64,000 nt of DNA from contig NC_057754.1 in the NCBI RefSeq assembly GCF_004010195.1, forward strand, positions 8,465,023-8,529,022, given 5' to 3'. Position 1 is the stretch's first letter; every line of letters begins with the position of its first letter. The notes under the pieces were generated by a model, which saw only the letters and a list, made by a program, of their open reading frames with translations, searched no databases and had not been told where the DNA came from. Below, in pieces: positions 26,417 through 39,199 of the stretch. A program made the position numbers and the translations under genes. The stretch is from Chiloscyllium plagiosum. Lineage: Eukaryota.

Positions 26417-27499
26417 GGTGCCCACACTGTAATGTAATCTAATCTAAAAAAGGTGCAGAATCACAGGACGTTGCCTGGGATGAAAGCCTTAGTTATGAGG
26501 AGAGAGAATGGATTGGCTGGGTTTGTTTTCCTTGGAGCAGAGGAGGCTGAGATGGGATCTAATTGGAGTGTACAAAATGACAAGAGGCGTAGACAAAGTA
26601 GATTGTGGGAATGTTTTCCATAAGGCAGTGTTAAGACTAGAGGGCATACGTTTATGGTGAGGAATAAGTGACTTAGAGGAGATCTGAAAAAATACTCTTT
26701 CACCCAGAGGGTGGTCAAAACATGGAACGTGCTTCCTGAGAGGGTGGTGGAGGCAGGTTCTCTAGCAACATTTCAAAAGCATCTGGATAAGCACTTAAAA
26801 TGTCAGAGGATGGTAGACTATGTACCATTTGCATGTAAGTGGAATAATGTGTACTTCAGAATTTGTTGGTCAGCATAAACATGGTGGGCCAAAGGGCCTG
26901 TTTCTAGTATGTATGACTCCAAAATATTTACCCTGGCCTGATGAAATTGGGGTTTATAAACTCCTATTACACTGTGTAGAAAGGCTAGTTTTTCACACAG
27001 TAAACTCAAACAAAGAAATACATGTCTCTTCTGAATTCCAGTCATGGACTGACAATGATGGAATTCATAAATTCCTTTTACATAGTCAGAGATCTGCAGC
27101 ACAGAAAAACAGGTTGTTTGTCCTATAAGAGTCTATGCTGCTCAAAACAGGCACTTAAGTATTCTAATCCCATTTTTCAGAAACTGGTCCCTTAGCCTTG
27201 TATGCTTAACATCTCAAGTGCACATCAAATTATGATTTGACTGGTTGTGAAGGTTTCTGCTTTGATCAACATTTCAGGCACAAAGGTCCAGAATCCCACC
27301 ATCGTCTGAGTGAAATACAATTCCTCATATCCCTTCTTAAATCTCTTGCCTCAGAATTTTAAGTTTATGCTCCTGACGATTGATCCCTCCAAGTGAAGAA
27401 GTTGCTTCCTGTCTACCATGTCTGTACCCCTCATAATCTTACGCAACTCAGTCATGTCCCCCATGCTCCACTGTTCCAAAGAAAACAATACCAGTCTAT

Positions 27500-27715
27500 C
27501 CAAAACAAAAACAGAAATTGCTGGTGAAACTCAGTGTGAAATTTCATGCCTGGTGACTCTTCATTCAAACACCTCAGAGTAGGTTCGGAAAAAGAGTCAC
27601 CACAATCAAAACATTAACTCTGCTTTCTCCCCGCAGATGCTGCTACACCTGCCGAGTTTATTCAGCTTTTTCTGTTTTTGTTTCAGATTTCCAGCATCGC
27701 AGTCCTTTTGTTTCA
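27500..27715. mobile_element. Old Penelope-derived fold-back (family 4)
   Basis: aaaacaaaaacagaaattgctggtgaaactcag versus cgagtttattcagctttttctgtttttgttt inverted arms. Confidence 0.6.
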
Positions 27716-27760
27716 TTCTATGCAATCTCTTTGTAATAAAAACTCTCCTAGTACATAAGT

Positions 27761-28152
27761 TATTATGGCCGTCACGTAGTTAATTTTGTGTTGCAATGTG
27801 TGCTCCAGTAACAGATAATGGTAATGTATTGTGATAGGTTAGTTAAATCATGGGAGATGAGCTAAGGCTGAAGATGTGATGGGTTAAGTGTGGTGGAGGG
27901 AACCAGTGTGGCAGATGATGATTAGTTTAGAAAGATAAAGCAAGCCAGCATGATTGGCTATGCTAATGTTATCCAATAAACGCAGAATCAACAAATTGTA
28001 TAAATTGGAGGAAAACAAAGGAATTGTGGGGAGTCAGGAAAGACATTTTGCTGGCCCTCACAGCTTTGATTTTGCAAGATTAAATTTGAATTTTGCGAAG
28101 GATTTTCTGCGGCTCCTGTAAGTTTTTATAGAGCATTTATTCTTCCACAATA
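27761..28152 (+). mobile_element. Probable solo LTR
   Basis: Interrupts CR1. Imperfect terminal inverted repeat tattatgg...ccacaata; internal ATTGG/CCAAT and TGTATAAA. Confidence 0.45.
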
Positions 28153-28559
28153 CTAGGCAACACCCCATAGATCTTCTCTGCATTCTCTTCAATGCAATCA
28201 CATCCCTATTATAATGTGCATTCCAGAACTGCACGCCATACTTTGACAATGAACAAGATTGTGGAAGGGGAGGATTTGCACACAATAAATTCAAGCCAAG
28301 TGAAATATTGGTTTTCTGAATTCTTATCGTGGACAGACAAGTGATGGCTTTATCCACTTCTATTTTACAGGATATTTGGCAAAGATTTGCAGATGGGAAA
28401 CTCAATCCAGGTATTGCATCGAGATCTGCAGTCTCAGTCGATTTCATCAGTTGTTCATCATTGGGTGTCATTGGCCTTTGAATGTAAGCATTGAATTTTA
28501 GGCAGTTAAGACTTGCATAAAATTCCTTCCTCACATATTTGCATCAGTCTTGCACAATA

Positions 28560-28772
28560 TTCAAATTCAATAAAGAGTCTGGAAATACGGGTCTAATGAT
28601 GACCATGAATCCATCTAGTTCACCAGTTGGAAGGAAATCTGCCATCTTTAGCTGGTCTGGCCTCCACACCCAGAACAATGTGGTTGATTTTCAACTGCCC
28701 GGAGAGCAAATAGGAATGGGCAAAAAATATTGGCATCACCAGAGATGCCCACATCCTGTGAGTGAATAAAAG
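28560..28772 (+). mobile_element. SINE family B, 3' part
   Basis: aaggaaatctgccatc...ggtctggcct...gatgcccacatcc tail. Confidence 0.7.
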
Positions 28773-28790
28773 GAATAGTTTAACTCTTTT

Positions 28791-29115
28791 GGGGCAGCAC
28801 AATGGCTCAGTGGCTAGCACTGCTGCCTCACAGCGCCAAGACCTGGGTTCAATTTCCGCCTCAGGCAACTGTCTGTGTGGAATTTACACATTCCCCCTCG
28901 TGTCTGTGTGGGTTTCCTCCAGGTGCTCTAGCTTCCTCCCACAGTGGTGGATTGGCCAAGCTAAATTTCCCATAGTGCCCAGGGATGTGTAGGTTAGGTG
29001 GATTAGCCATGGGAAATGCAGGGTTACGAGGGGGGGTGATGTCTGGGTGAGATTCTCTTCAGAGAGTCAATGTGGACTTGTTGAGCCAAATGGCCTGTTT
29101 CCACACTGTAAGATT
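28791..29115 (+). mobile_element. V-SINE
   Basis: tRNA head with A and B boxes plus V-domain. Confidence 0.85.
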
Positions 29116-29539
29116 CTCGTTCTGTGTCTGTAGATCATTCAAACACCTGAAGCCTGAATAGAGCCTCAATAGTGGTTGATTACTGTTGAAGCTTAACTAA
29201 ACCTCAGCTCAATTTAAGAGAGGGCCTGATGAAATTGGGAAAATCAGTAAGCTGCACACAGGAAGGAAGGAGAGATCAAATCTGGAGTAGGACACAACCC
29301 AAGTTAGTAAATTGTTCAGGGACTTTGGAGGCAGTATGGGAATTTGGTATAGGGCAGAAAAGGTACTTTTTTGCTTCTATTTTCGACTGGTAGTTTAGTT
29401 TACTCAGGCCCCTCAATTCAAATGTTTATCCTCTTAATAAAAGCCTTCTAAAGAATGACATCACAGGAAGCTTGCAAGTCTATTGGTTGGTAATAGCTGC
29501 TAATTTGACTAGGTTCATTTCAGATTGAAGGTAAATAGG

Positions 29540-30745
29540 AGACATATTTGCAGGTGACACAAAGATTGATGGAGGGATGGGTAACGGAGAGGCTGCAGGA
29601 GGACTTGGACAGGTTAGAAGAGTGGATAAAGAAGTGGTGGATGGAATACAACATGAGAAAGTGAAGTTGTATGTTTTGGGAGGAAGAGTAGAGGCATACA
29701 CTATTTTCAAAATGGGGGAAATGCTTCAGAAATCTGAAGCATGAAGTGGCTTAGGAGTCCTAATGTAGGATTCTCTTACGGTTAACATGCAGTTTCATTT
29801 GGCAGGTAGGAAGGCAAATGTAATAGAATAGAAACAGGCCATTCAGCCCAACAAGTCCACTCTGACCCTCTGAAGAGTAACCCATCCAGACCCATACCCC
29901 TACCCTATATTTACCCCTGATTGATGCACTTAACCTACACATCTCTGAATGCTATGGGCAATTTAACATGCCCAATTGACCTACTCTGGACATCTTTGGA
30001 TTGTGGGATAAAACTGGAGGAACCAGATGAAACCCACGCATTCATGAGGAAAATGTGCAAACTTAGCACATACAGTCACCCGAGGTTGGAATCAAACCAG
30101 TGTCCCTGACGTCATGAGACAGCAGTGTTAACCACTCAGCCACAGTGCCGCACCATTTCAAGATGGCTAAAATACAGGAGTGTAGATGTACTGCTGAGGC
30201 TGTATATGGCTCTGGTTAGGCTGCATTTGAAATATTGTGATCATTTTTAGACCCTGTATCTAAGGAAGGATGTGCTAACATTGGAGCGGGTTCAGAGAAG
30301 GTTTACAAGAATGATCCCAGGGATGAAGGCCTTGTCAGATGAAGAGCGGTTGAGCACTCTGGGCTTGCACTTGATGGAGTTGAGAAGGATGGAAGAGGAG
30401 ATCTCATTGAAACTTACAGAATGTTGTGAGGGTTGGATACTTTGGAAGAGGAAAGAATGTTTCCACCATTATGAGAGACTAGGAACTGCGGGCACAGCCT
30501 CAGAGTGAAGGGCGGAGCCTTTAGAACAGAGGTGACGAGGAATTTCTTCAGCCAGAGGTTGGTGAATTCATTGCCATAGAAGGCTGTGGAGGTCAAGTCA
30601 TTGAGTGCATTTAAGACAGAGCTAGGTAAGTTCTTAATTAGTAAAGGGGTCAAAGCTTGCAAGGAGAATGGGGTTGAGAAATATATCAGCCATGATTGAA
30701 AGGCAGAGCAGGCCCGATGGGCTTTCTGCTCCTATACTTTATGGC
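29540..30745 (+). mobile_element. CR1 3' fragment with nested V-SINE (29824-30152, minus strand)
   Basis: FAGDTKI, LERVQRRFTRMIPG and 3' UTR; a reverse-complement V-SINE lies within. Confidence 0.85.
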
Positions 30746-31997
30746 TTAAAGGGAACCGCTGTTCTTCATCTGTCTTATCTAAACCTAACAGAAACTAAAA
30801 CACCTGACCCAAAGAGATCAACCTCAGTTTCTCCAAACCAACTTTAAAATTTAAAGTTTTTCATTCCTTGAACTATTCTGGTAAATTTCCTCTGCATCCT
30901 CTCATCCTGTGTAATGTGGTGTGATCACACTGCTTTGCGTGGACCCAATTGCTCTGTGTTCATGTGGATAATGTCATCACATCACAACAATTGCACAATC
31001 ATATTACCCCACTCCCTGGCTATTTCTTTCACTGTATGATTTTTCTGATTGTCGTGTTTCTGATAGCCTTTGAGTTGCAGACTCCAGCAGGGATTTTAAA
31101 ATCGAAAACAATGAAAGCGTTTCAGAAGCAAGTCTTTTTAAATTGGTGCAGTCCATAGACCCTGAATGGGCTTAGATCTGCGTTTGGAACTCTGGGACTT
31201 TTTCCCAGGACCAGATCCAAGTGAACAACCCAAGTTTTGCTTTTCATGATGATCTTCGTGATTCTCTCTTGACCAGGAGAGAAAATTGACTCATTGATTG
31301 CTCCAGCTCCTGGCCACAGACTGAGAATCCAATGAACCCAGGCAGAGGAGAGTGAGGAAAGAGAGAAAAAACTGGTGATGGGTTTCAGCCTAGGGAGGGG
31401 AGAAGAGTATAGGGGATGGGATCTCGCAAAGAATTAAAGGCTACGGGGAGAATGCGGGTAAGTGGAATTGAAATGCCCCTCAGCCATGATTGAATGGCAG
31501 AGTGGACTCAATGGGCTGAATGGCCTTACTTCCACTCCTATGTCTTATGGTCTTATTAACAAAGAAGATGTAAAATCTCAAGTTGTGTGTTGTGAATTTC
31601 TATAAGAGACTGGTAACGATGACTTTTGTAATCTCCCTTTACAGGGCATCAAAAAAATGCATTTGCGAATGAGAAACTGAAACCGAGTGCAGTCTGATTG
31701 AATCTAAAAATCCACCAAGACCGGGGTATCATCAAACTTTGCATATGAAAGGAGAATTGTTTGTCCCTTCTCTCTGTGAGGAAAAATTTCAAAACATCGA
31801 TGTGACTGGAAACATAAACATACACGCCTAAATGTGTGTACTCACAGGCTGACTAGAAAGAGCTTTAATCACTTACACAAGTCTGAATTTTTAAAAAATC
31901 TCACTAGTTAAAGCAAGCAGAGGCCATATGCTTGTTCTGTATGTGGACTGAACCTCAACTGATAGTGACTCTCCAGTTGAACAAAGACGCGGACATC

Positions 31998-32672
31998 ATG
32001 GCAAAGCCGTGGGAATGTGCTGATTGTGGTAAAGGATTTGATTATCCATCTCTGCTGGAAAACCATCGGCGTGGTCACACTGGGGAGAAGCCCTTCATCT
32101 GTTCTGTATGTGGGAAGGGATTTACTCAGACAACCAATCTCATGTCACACCAGCGAACCCACACTGAGGAGAGGCCATTCAACTGCACCCACTGTGGAAA
32201 GAGGTTCAAGTCCTCATTTAGCCTCAGTACACACCAGCGAGTTCACACTGGGGAGTGGCCATTCACCTGTGCATGTTGCGGGAAGGGATTCACTAAGTCC
32301 TCCAACCTGATGACTCATCAGCGAATTCACACAACAGAGAAGCCATTCTGCTGTGCCTCCTGTGGGAGGAGTTTCAGGCAGTCTGGCCACCTCATTGTAC
32401 ACCAGCGAGTTCACACCGGGGAGAAACCATTCAGGTGCTCTTCCTGCGGAAAGCATTTTCGGCAGTCAAATGATCTAATTTCACATCAGCGCGTTCACAC
32501 TGGGGAGAGACCGTACAACTGTTCAGTGTGTGGAAAGGGATTCACTACCTCCTCCAATCTGCTGATACACCAACGCACTCACACTGGGGAGAAGCCATTT
32601 ACGTGCTCCACGTGTGGGAAAGGATTCGCTCAGTCACGAGACCTGTTGAGACATCAGCAAGTTCATAAATGA
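31998..32672 (+). CDS. C2H2 zinc-finger gene C, 8 intact fingers
   Basis: atcATGg start (alternative in-frame ATG at 31941). MAKPWECADCGKGFDYPSLLENHRRGH...HQQVHK*. Probable acceptor ctttacag|G at 31644/31645. No KRAB, SCAN or BTB visible. Confidence 0.9.
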   Translation: MAKPWECADCGKGFDYPSLLENHRRGHTGEKPFICSVCGKGFTQTTNLMSHQRTHTEERPFNCTHCGKRFKSSFSLSTHQRVHTGEWPFTCACCGKGFTKSSNLMTHQRIHTTEKPFCCASCGRSFRQSGHLIVHQRVHTGEKPFRCSSCGKHFRQSNDLISHQRVHTGERPYNCSVCGKGFTTSSNLLIHQRTHTGEKPFTCSTCGKGFAQSRDLLRHQQVHK

Positions 32673-32919
32673 GTGCAGTCATTGGATTCTGCTGTCACTG
32701 CAGCTGTTCATCAGATTCAGGACTAAGAGTCTAACAGTATTTTGTTTTGTTTTTCTGCTCATGGTATAACTTGCTGGAGTTTAAAATCCTTGATAAGTTG
32801 CTAATTTTTGGGGATGTGATATCTCTTTTTAAAAGCACCATCTGCGGTCTTTTCCTGAATTCAAGAGTTCCCAGCAGGTTCAATTGCAGTCAAATTATGC
32901 ACTTTTATTCAATTCTCAG

Positions 32920-33390
32920 GTCATAGAGACGTACAGTACGGAAACAGACCCTTCGGTCCAACTCGTCCATGCTGACTAGATATCCAAACCAATCTAGTCC
33001 CACCTGCCAACACCCGGCTCATATCCCTCCAAACCCTTCCTATTCATATACCCATCCAAATGCCTCTTAAATGTTGCAATTGTATCAGCCTCCACCACTT
33101 CCTCTGGCAGCTCATTCCATTCACGTACCACCCTCTGTGTGAAATAATTGCCCCTTAGGTCTCTTTTATATCTTTCCCCTCTCGCCCTAAACCTATACCC
33201 TCTAGTTCTGGACTCCCTGACCCCAGGGAAATGACTTTGCCTATTTATCCTATCCATGCCCCTCATAATTTTGTAAACCTCTCTAAGGTCACCCCTCAGC
33301 CTCCAACGCTCCAGGGAAAACAGCCCCAAGCTATTCAGCCTCTCCCTATAGCTCAAATCCTCCAACCGTAGCAACATCCTTGTAAATCTC
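32920..33390 (-). mobile_element. CR1 3' fragment
   Basis: ORF 32994-33377 LGLFSLERWRLRGDL..WNELPEEVVEA. Confidence 0.95.
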
Positions 33391-33513
33391 AGTGTCGGAA
33401 ATGTTCTGCTGATTAAATCTTCAATGAGAAATTATTGATTAATCTTTGCTGACAGTTCTTACTGACTCAAACAGTCTTCACAGTGGTTGACAGTGAAGTG
33501 CTGAAAAAGTGCT

Positions 33514-33748
33514 GACTGCAGATGCTGGTTATCAGAGTCGAGAGTGTAATGCTGGAAAAGCACAGCAGGTCAGGCAGCATCTGAGGAGCAGGAGAATCGA
33601 CGTTTCGGGCATAAGCCCTCATTCCTGATGTAGGGTTATGCCCAAAACGTTGATTCTCCTGCTCCTCGGATGCTGCCTGACTTGTTGTGCTTTTCCAGCA
33701 TTACACTCTCGACTCTGATAACCAGCATCTGCAGTCCCTACTTCCTCC
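33514..33748. mobile_element. Neptune pLTR fold-back palindrome
   Basis: ~105-bp inverted arms centred near 33622. Confidence 0.9.
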
Positions 33749-34330
33749 TAGTCTGCATAGTGGTACCTCCATTCTGCGATAAAGTTATGAAGTAATATGA
33801 AACAAAATTCATGTCAATGTTTGGGAATCACAGGGGTTCACTTATTCATGACACAGTAGCAGCAACATTTGATAAATACAGAACCCACCGCAAAGACTAG
33901 TCTTAAATCTGCTCAATAAAGATGGCGTTTGTCTTTGGGAGAGAAAGAAGTACAAAACCCAATATTGTCCTGACAGCAACAAGATTGCATCACTTGAAAG
34001 TAGCCACGATAGACTGCAAAAAAGAATGAGACACTGAAAATGAAGCTGGAGCAATCCATGTAATGAAATTCAAATTGCCCGTGCCAATGGAAATTTACAC
34101 ACTCTGTTTGATAAAGTCCACTAAAACCAAAAAAATGACTCCTAAAATTATCAGATGATGATGTACCAGCAGAAGTAAATAGATGATGTGCTGGGATGAA
34201 TATGATGTGAGTTGCACTCACATGAGACAGCCATCTCCCAGTCTCTATTTAATGCTCTCCCACTGCTTCCTGTCATGGTTGCTAAGTGAGGAGGTCTTAT
34301 TGTGGGAGCTTGAAACGCTTTCTTATCTGT

Positions 34331-34782
34331 GTGGTATGGTGGCTCAGTGGTTAGCACTGCTGCCTCACAGCACCAGGGTCCTAGGTTCGCTTCCAGCTTC
34401 GGGTGACTGTCTGTGTGGAGTTTGTACATTCTCCCAGTGTCTGCTCCGGTTTCCTCCCACACTTCAAAGATGTGCAGCTTAGGTAGATTGGCCATGCTAA
34501 ATTGCCCATAGTGCTAGGTGCATTAGTCAGAGGGAAATGGGTCTGGGTGGGAAACTCTTCGGAGGGTCCGTGTGGACTGGTTTATACATTCTCCCAGTGT
34601 CTGCTCCGGTTTCCTCCCACACTTCAAAGATGTGCAGCTTAGGTGGATTGGCCATGCTAAATTGCCCATAGTGCTAGGTGCATTAGTCAGAGGGAAATGG
34701 GTCTGGGTGGGAAACTCTTCGGAGGGTCCGTGTGGACTGGTTGGGCCGAAGGGCCTGTTTCCACACTGTAGGGAATCTAATC
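34331..34782 (+). mobile_element. V-SINE with internal 160-bp tandem duplication
   Basis: Head and V-domain present; 34425-34584 is repeated at 34585-34744. Confidence 0.9.
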
Positions 34783-35265
34783 TGTGGAGAAAAGCGTGTG
34801 TGACGGATTGCATTCAGGCGGAGCCAGTCAAGCACAGGAAGTCCCACTCATTGCCATAGCTCTGTGAGCTTTTCTCCTCAAGTGGAACATCGTGGGCTGA
34901 CCCTTGCTTTGAGAATGATGTCAACTTCGGGTTATGTGTCTCTGCCATAGTCCCTACTCAGCAACTGAAGAGGCCAATTCTTGACGCACAGATCTTTGGG
35001 TGCAGGGAGCTGATGGAGCAGAGTGGGTGGGGCTTGTGAAACAGTATGGGTGAAGCCGTCCTTCTGCCTGATAATGGTAGCTGGGAATCAGAAAGGGTCA
35101 GAATTTGAAGAAAACCATTTTAAGCCTGGAAGAGGCACCAGAGACAGCCTGCCTTGGGTGCAGCGGCTACATCCATGGAGCACATTTCTGAAATCAATCC
35201 ATGCAGGTCGGGACCAAGCTGAGCAGGGGAAGTCTGCAGCCAAACAGGATCATTGATTGTATCGG

Positions 35266-35397
35266 GCGAAAGTGAGATCTGCAGATGCTGGAGAACAGAG
35301 CCTAGATCAGAGTGCTGCTGGAAAAGCACAGCAGGTCAGGCAGCATCCGAGGAGCAGGAAAACAGACGATTTGGGCAAAAGCCCTTCATCATGAATG
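35266..35397 (-). mobile_element. Neptune pLTR fragment
   Basis: gctggaaaagcacagcaggtcaggcagcatccgagg...gcccttcatca. Confidence 0.85.
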
Positions 35398-36559
35398 CTG
35401 ATTGTATCGTGTAACCTTTCACTGATCCCCGCCAGATTGTGGGGAATGACATTGATTCAAGAAAGTGATGATGGAGAAGAGAAACGTGCAAGTGGAATTC
35501 CATCTTCCAAAATGTTTCCATTTTATATCCATCAAGCTCCGCAACAGCCATCCCCAAGCATACCCAACAGAGTTCCCCATTTCCCACTAGCTGAGTCTGC
35601 CTCTTCCTCCACCTACCTCTCTACCATATTGTGCAGGATGCAGCAATGCACAATTCTTCTTCCCTGTCTGGTCAGGATCAAAGACCCCCCTCACAACAAT
35701 CCAGACATTGGAAACTCATCGTTGACATTGGAAACCCATTGTCAACATCGCACCTGTTTTCTCGATGACATCCTCGATGAACTCCCTCCCTAATGACATT
35801 GTGGGTCTACCTAGAGTACAGAGACTGCAGCAGTTCGAGAAGGCAGCTCACAACCACCATCTCAAAGGCATTTTGGGGTGAGCAATAAATGCTAGCCTCA
35901 CCAGCGATACCCACGTCCCACAAGCGAATTACAAACACAACCCGCTAGTGCAGTGAAGCTAGTCACATATGTACCTCATTGGTGCAGTTTCTCACAGGAG
36001 CTGAGCTTGAAAGGTGTGTCACCGGTTTCCAATAATCCCACCCTTAAATCTGGATCCTGGAATTAATATGTCAGGAATGTTGGAATGACAAAGCCTGAAT
36101 CCATCAGGGCAAAACCTGGCATCTAGGAGAACAGTGTTCACCATTTTAAATTCAGGAGTTTGGGGTTGGGGGGGAATAATGTTGACTCTTTAATATTGGG
36201 TTTTGAGGGAGGCAATAATTCTCACATTTATATTAGGGTCTGAGGGGAGAATATTCTGTTTTATACTGAGGAATAATGTTCATTGTTTTATGTTGTGATC
36301 TGGGTGGGGGAATCTGTGACCACACCATGTTTGACAATTTTGAAGAATACTTCATCTGAACTTCTCATGAATGTTTTTTTCCCATTAATATTGTAGCTGA
36401 TGAGTTGGATTGCTGGTGAGTTTTTTTGAAAACAAGTCAGTCTCCCCACAAACCTTGCCCTGTGAAAGCTGTATGCCAACCGAATGCATGGATTGTGCTT
36501 GGAGGACTGCATGGGAGGGTCTGTACCTGAATCTCAAGTCATTTCATCCACAACAGATA

Positions 36560-37280
36560 ATAAAATTGGTTGTGGTGGTACATAGTGAGGAGAATAGCCT
36601 TAGCTTTCAGGAGGGTATAGAAGAGCTGGTCAGATGGCCTGATCAATGGCAAATGGATTTCAATCCATATAAATGTGAAATGATGTATTTGGGCAGGACA
36701 GGTAAGACAAGTGAATACTTTTTGGAAACACTGAAGATCAGAGGGAGCTTGGTCTACATGTCCACCAATTTCTTAAGGCAGTGGGGCAGGTAGATAAAAG
36801 CAGGTATGTCATATGCCTTAACCTTTGATCTTACAGTCCATCCTCAGCTGATATAGTGGTTATGTGGAAACTGTCCAAAACAACGAGAGTACTATGTGCA
36901 GTTCTGGGATCCACATCGTTGGAGGGATGTGATAACACAGGAGAGAGTGCAGAGGAGTTTTGCAAGGACGTTGTCTGGGCTGCAGAGGTTTTAGTTTTGA
37001 AGAGATGTTGGACAGACAGAGTTGTTTTCTTTGGGGTTGAGGGGACTGAGATGGACATGATTGAGATACATAAAGTTATGTGGGGCATTGACAGGGTGAA
37101 ATCTGGAATTCACTGCCTGGAAGGGAGGAAGAGGCAGAAACCCTCATAACATTTAAGAAAGCATACAAGGCTTTGGGCCAAATGCTGACAAATGGGATTA
37201 GAATACACAGGTGGTTGTTTTAGACTGGCACAAACTCAATGGGCTGAAAGACCATTTTGTGTTCTGTAGACCTCTGTCAT
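36560..37280 (+). mobile_element. Old CR1 3' fragment
   Basis: WQMDFNPYKCEMMYLGR in ORF 36410-36793, followed by a 3' UTR. Confidence 0.8.
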
Positions 37281-37879
37281 TCCTTCAGATAATCCCGGCT
37301 TTCAAGAATCATAATGTAGTGAGGAAGGAAAGGCAGTAGATCTTGTGTGGATGGATTATCAGAAGGTGTTTGATAAGGTCTTGGGCAGCTGGCTTATTAA
37401 AACGTTAAATGGAGAGGAGCAGCATGGGTAGGAAATTAGATAAAGGGGAAAAACACAGTAGTTACTGGATATTCTTGAGAGTGGAGGGATGGAGATAGTG
37501 GTGCTCCCCATGGTCAGCACTGGGCCCACTGCCCTTCTCCATAACAAAGTGATCTAGACTTGGGTCTGTGGTACAGGAAGATCCAAACTCCCCAGCTGAC
37601 TTCCAATGGAGAATGTATGGATTTGTGAAAAAGAGTGAATGACTTTAACATTTATTTGTGAGAAAATTAATCTGACATCTACCTGCCCCATTTACTAATT
37701 TGCGTATTAAACATTAAAGTTTGCAAGGTTAGAAGGGATACATTGGTACAATGGGAATTATTTAAATAGTGCAAAAGATTAGAACAGTAAAGAGGTGGAA
37801 AATTCTAACATCAGGTCTTACTGAACAGCAGTTTTGAGAGGTCTCTTCACAGCTTCAACTCCTTTGTAAGGAATATAAA

Positions 37880-38185
37880 CACACAAATAAGAGGAATTGG
37901 TTCATCAGCACTTCCAGCCCATTCAATATGATCATGGCTGATCATCCAACTCCGTAATCTGTTCCTCTATCTCCATACTCATTGGTCCCTTTATTCCTAA
38001 CAACTATTATCTCCTCCTTAAAAACATTTCCTGTTTTGGCCTGAGCCTTTTTCTGTGGCAGAGAATTCCACAGGCTGACGGTTCTCGCGATAAGAAATTG
38101 TCTCAGGCCTAAATGATCTTCCCCCATACCCTTAAACTGTGACCCCTGTTTCTGGACTCCCTGGTCATGGGGAACATGCTGATCA
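37880..38185 (-). mobile_element. CR1 3' fragment
   Basis: VSLWNSLPQK in ORF 37942-38127. Confidence 0.75.
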
Positions 38186-39199
38186 GATTCTCAGTTCTTG
38201 ACAATACTGAGAATCACAGTAATCATGCATGTCCCACATGTCCTCTGACACTTACACAAGGTGAGCAACAGGATAGAGCCTCAGGTGCCCTGAACTTGAT
38301 CTCTGCTGTCTCCAGAGATCCCACCAATCCCCTACAGCAGTATCCAGCTCTGGCCACTGACTCTAGCTTTCTTTTGTTGGAATTTGTCAGGAATTCAGGG
38401 TAGGGATGTTAGAAGTTCTGTAATCAGTGATTTACAAGGACAGTGTTCATCGATCCCTGCAACATTAGTTAAGTAATTCAGAACATTACTGAAGCATTCT
38501 TTCTGGGTTTATTCTGTTATTTCACAATAATGAATACAAGCATCACATTTTAGAATCTGAGCTATTCTATCTCTCAGGAAAACATAAATTCAGATTAGAG
38601 AGACTGGAATTTCATCAACATTTGTGAAGCTAGGTTTCACTGGTCACTGGACTCATATTGTTTTTTTTCTGCAATATATGCTATGTTAAATTACTATAAA
38701 AAACTTTTATATGAACCATTGCAACAGTTAGTCTCTGAGTAAATTTCAGTTCTGAAGTATTGACACTGGACCCGAATGTTAAGTCTGCTTTCTCTCCATA
38801 GATGCTGCCTGACCTGAAATTTATTTTTCAACAATTTCTGGGGGTTTGTTTTTCATTTCCAGCATCCACAGTATTTTTTTTTATTATTTTTATTCTGTTT
38901 CTCACTGTGGTTTGAGTCTATTTATGCGTTATAACAAACTCTGCCTTTTATCCTGATTTGAGTTCCCAAGGAATGGGATGTCTCATCGGTATTGATGCTC
39001 CTGACATCGCCAGATGCTCCCTGGTTGTCCCAAGCAACCCATGTCACTGCATTGGCACCCCTCCCAACATTCTGACCCTAACAGCCCCAGGTCCCCATTC
39101 CAGACATCATTGGACCCAGTTGGCTGCCTCTCCAAACAATGTTAGGCCCAAATACCGTCTGGCCCAGAGCACTCTCCTGACAGCCCCAGACTCACTTCA

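Larger units (their letters stand above)
23960..26920 (+). mobile_element. CR1 LINE with ORF1 remnant (Zn-finger plus SGNH esterase) and ORF2 3' part, internally deleted
   Basis: MWEMRDT..DD..CEKC; ARVRDVSENLQ|DILKGQGEQP..VVVYLGTNDVG across a Penelope insertion; RT C-terminal ORF 25846-26061. Confidence 0.8.
27080..28240 (-). mobile_element. Old CR1 fragment with nested insertions
   Basis: Reverse-complement CR1 3' UTR/RT (VQFWNAHYNRDVIALKRMQRR), broken at ~27500-27715 and ~27755-28150. Confidence 0.7.

Noticed and set aside
32017..32456. Alternative-frame and antisense ORFs over the ZNF exons
   Set aside because: These are typical shadows of repetitive C2H2 coding sequence.
33514..33748. 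MITE or pre-miRNA
   Set aside because: The arms match pLTRs attached to GIY-YIG coding sequence elsewhere in the window, so a Penelope origin explains the hairpin.
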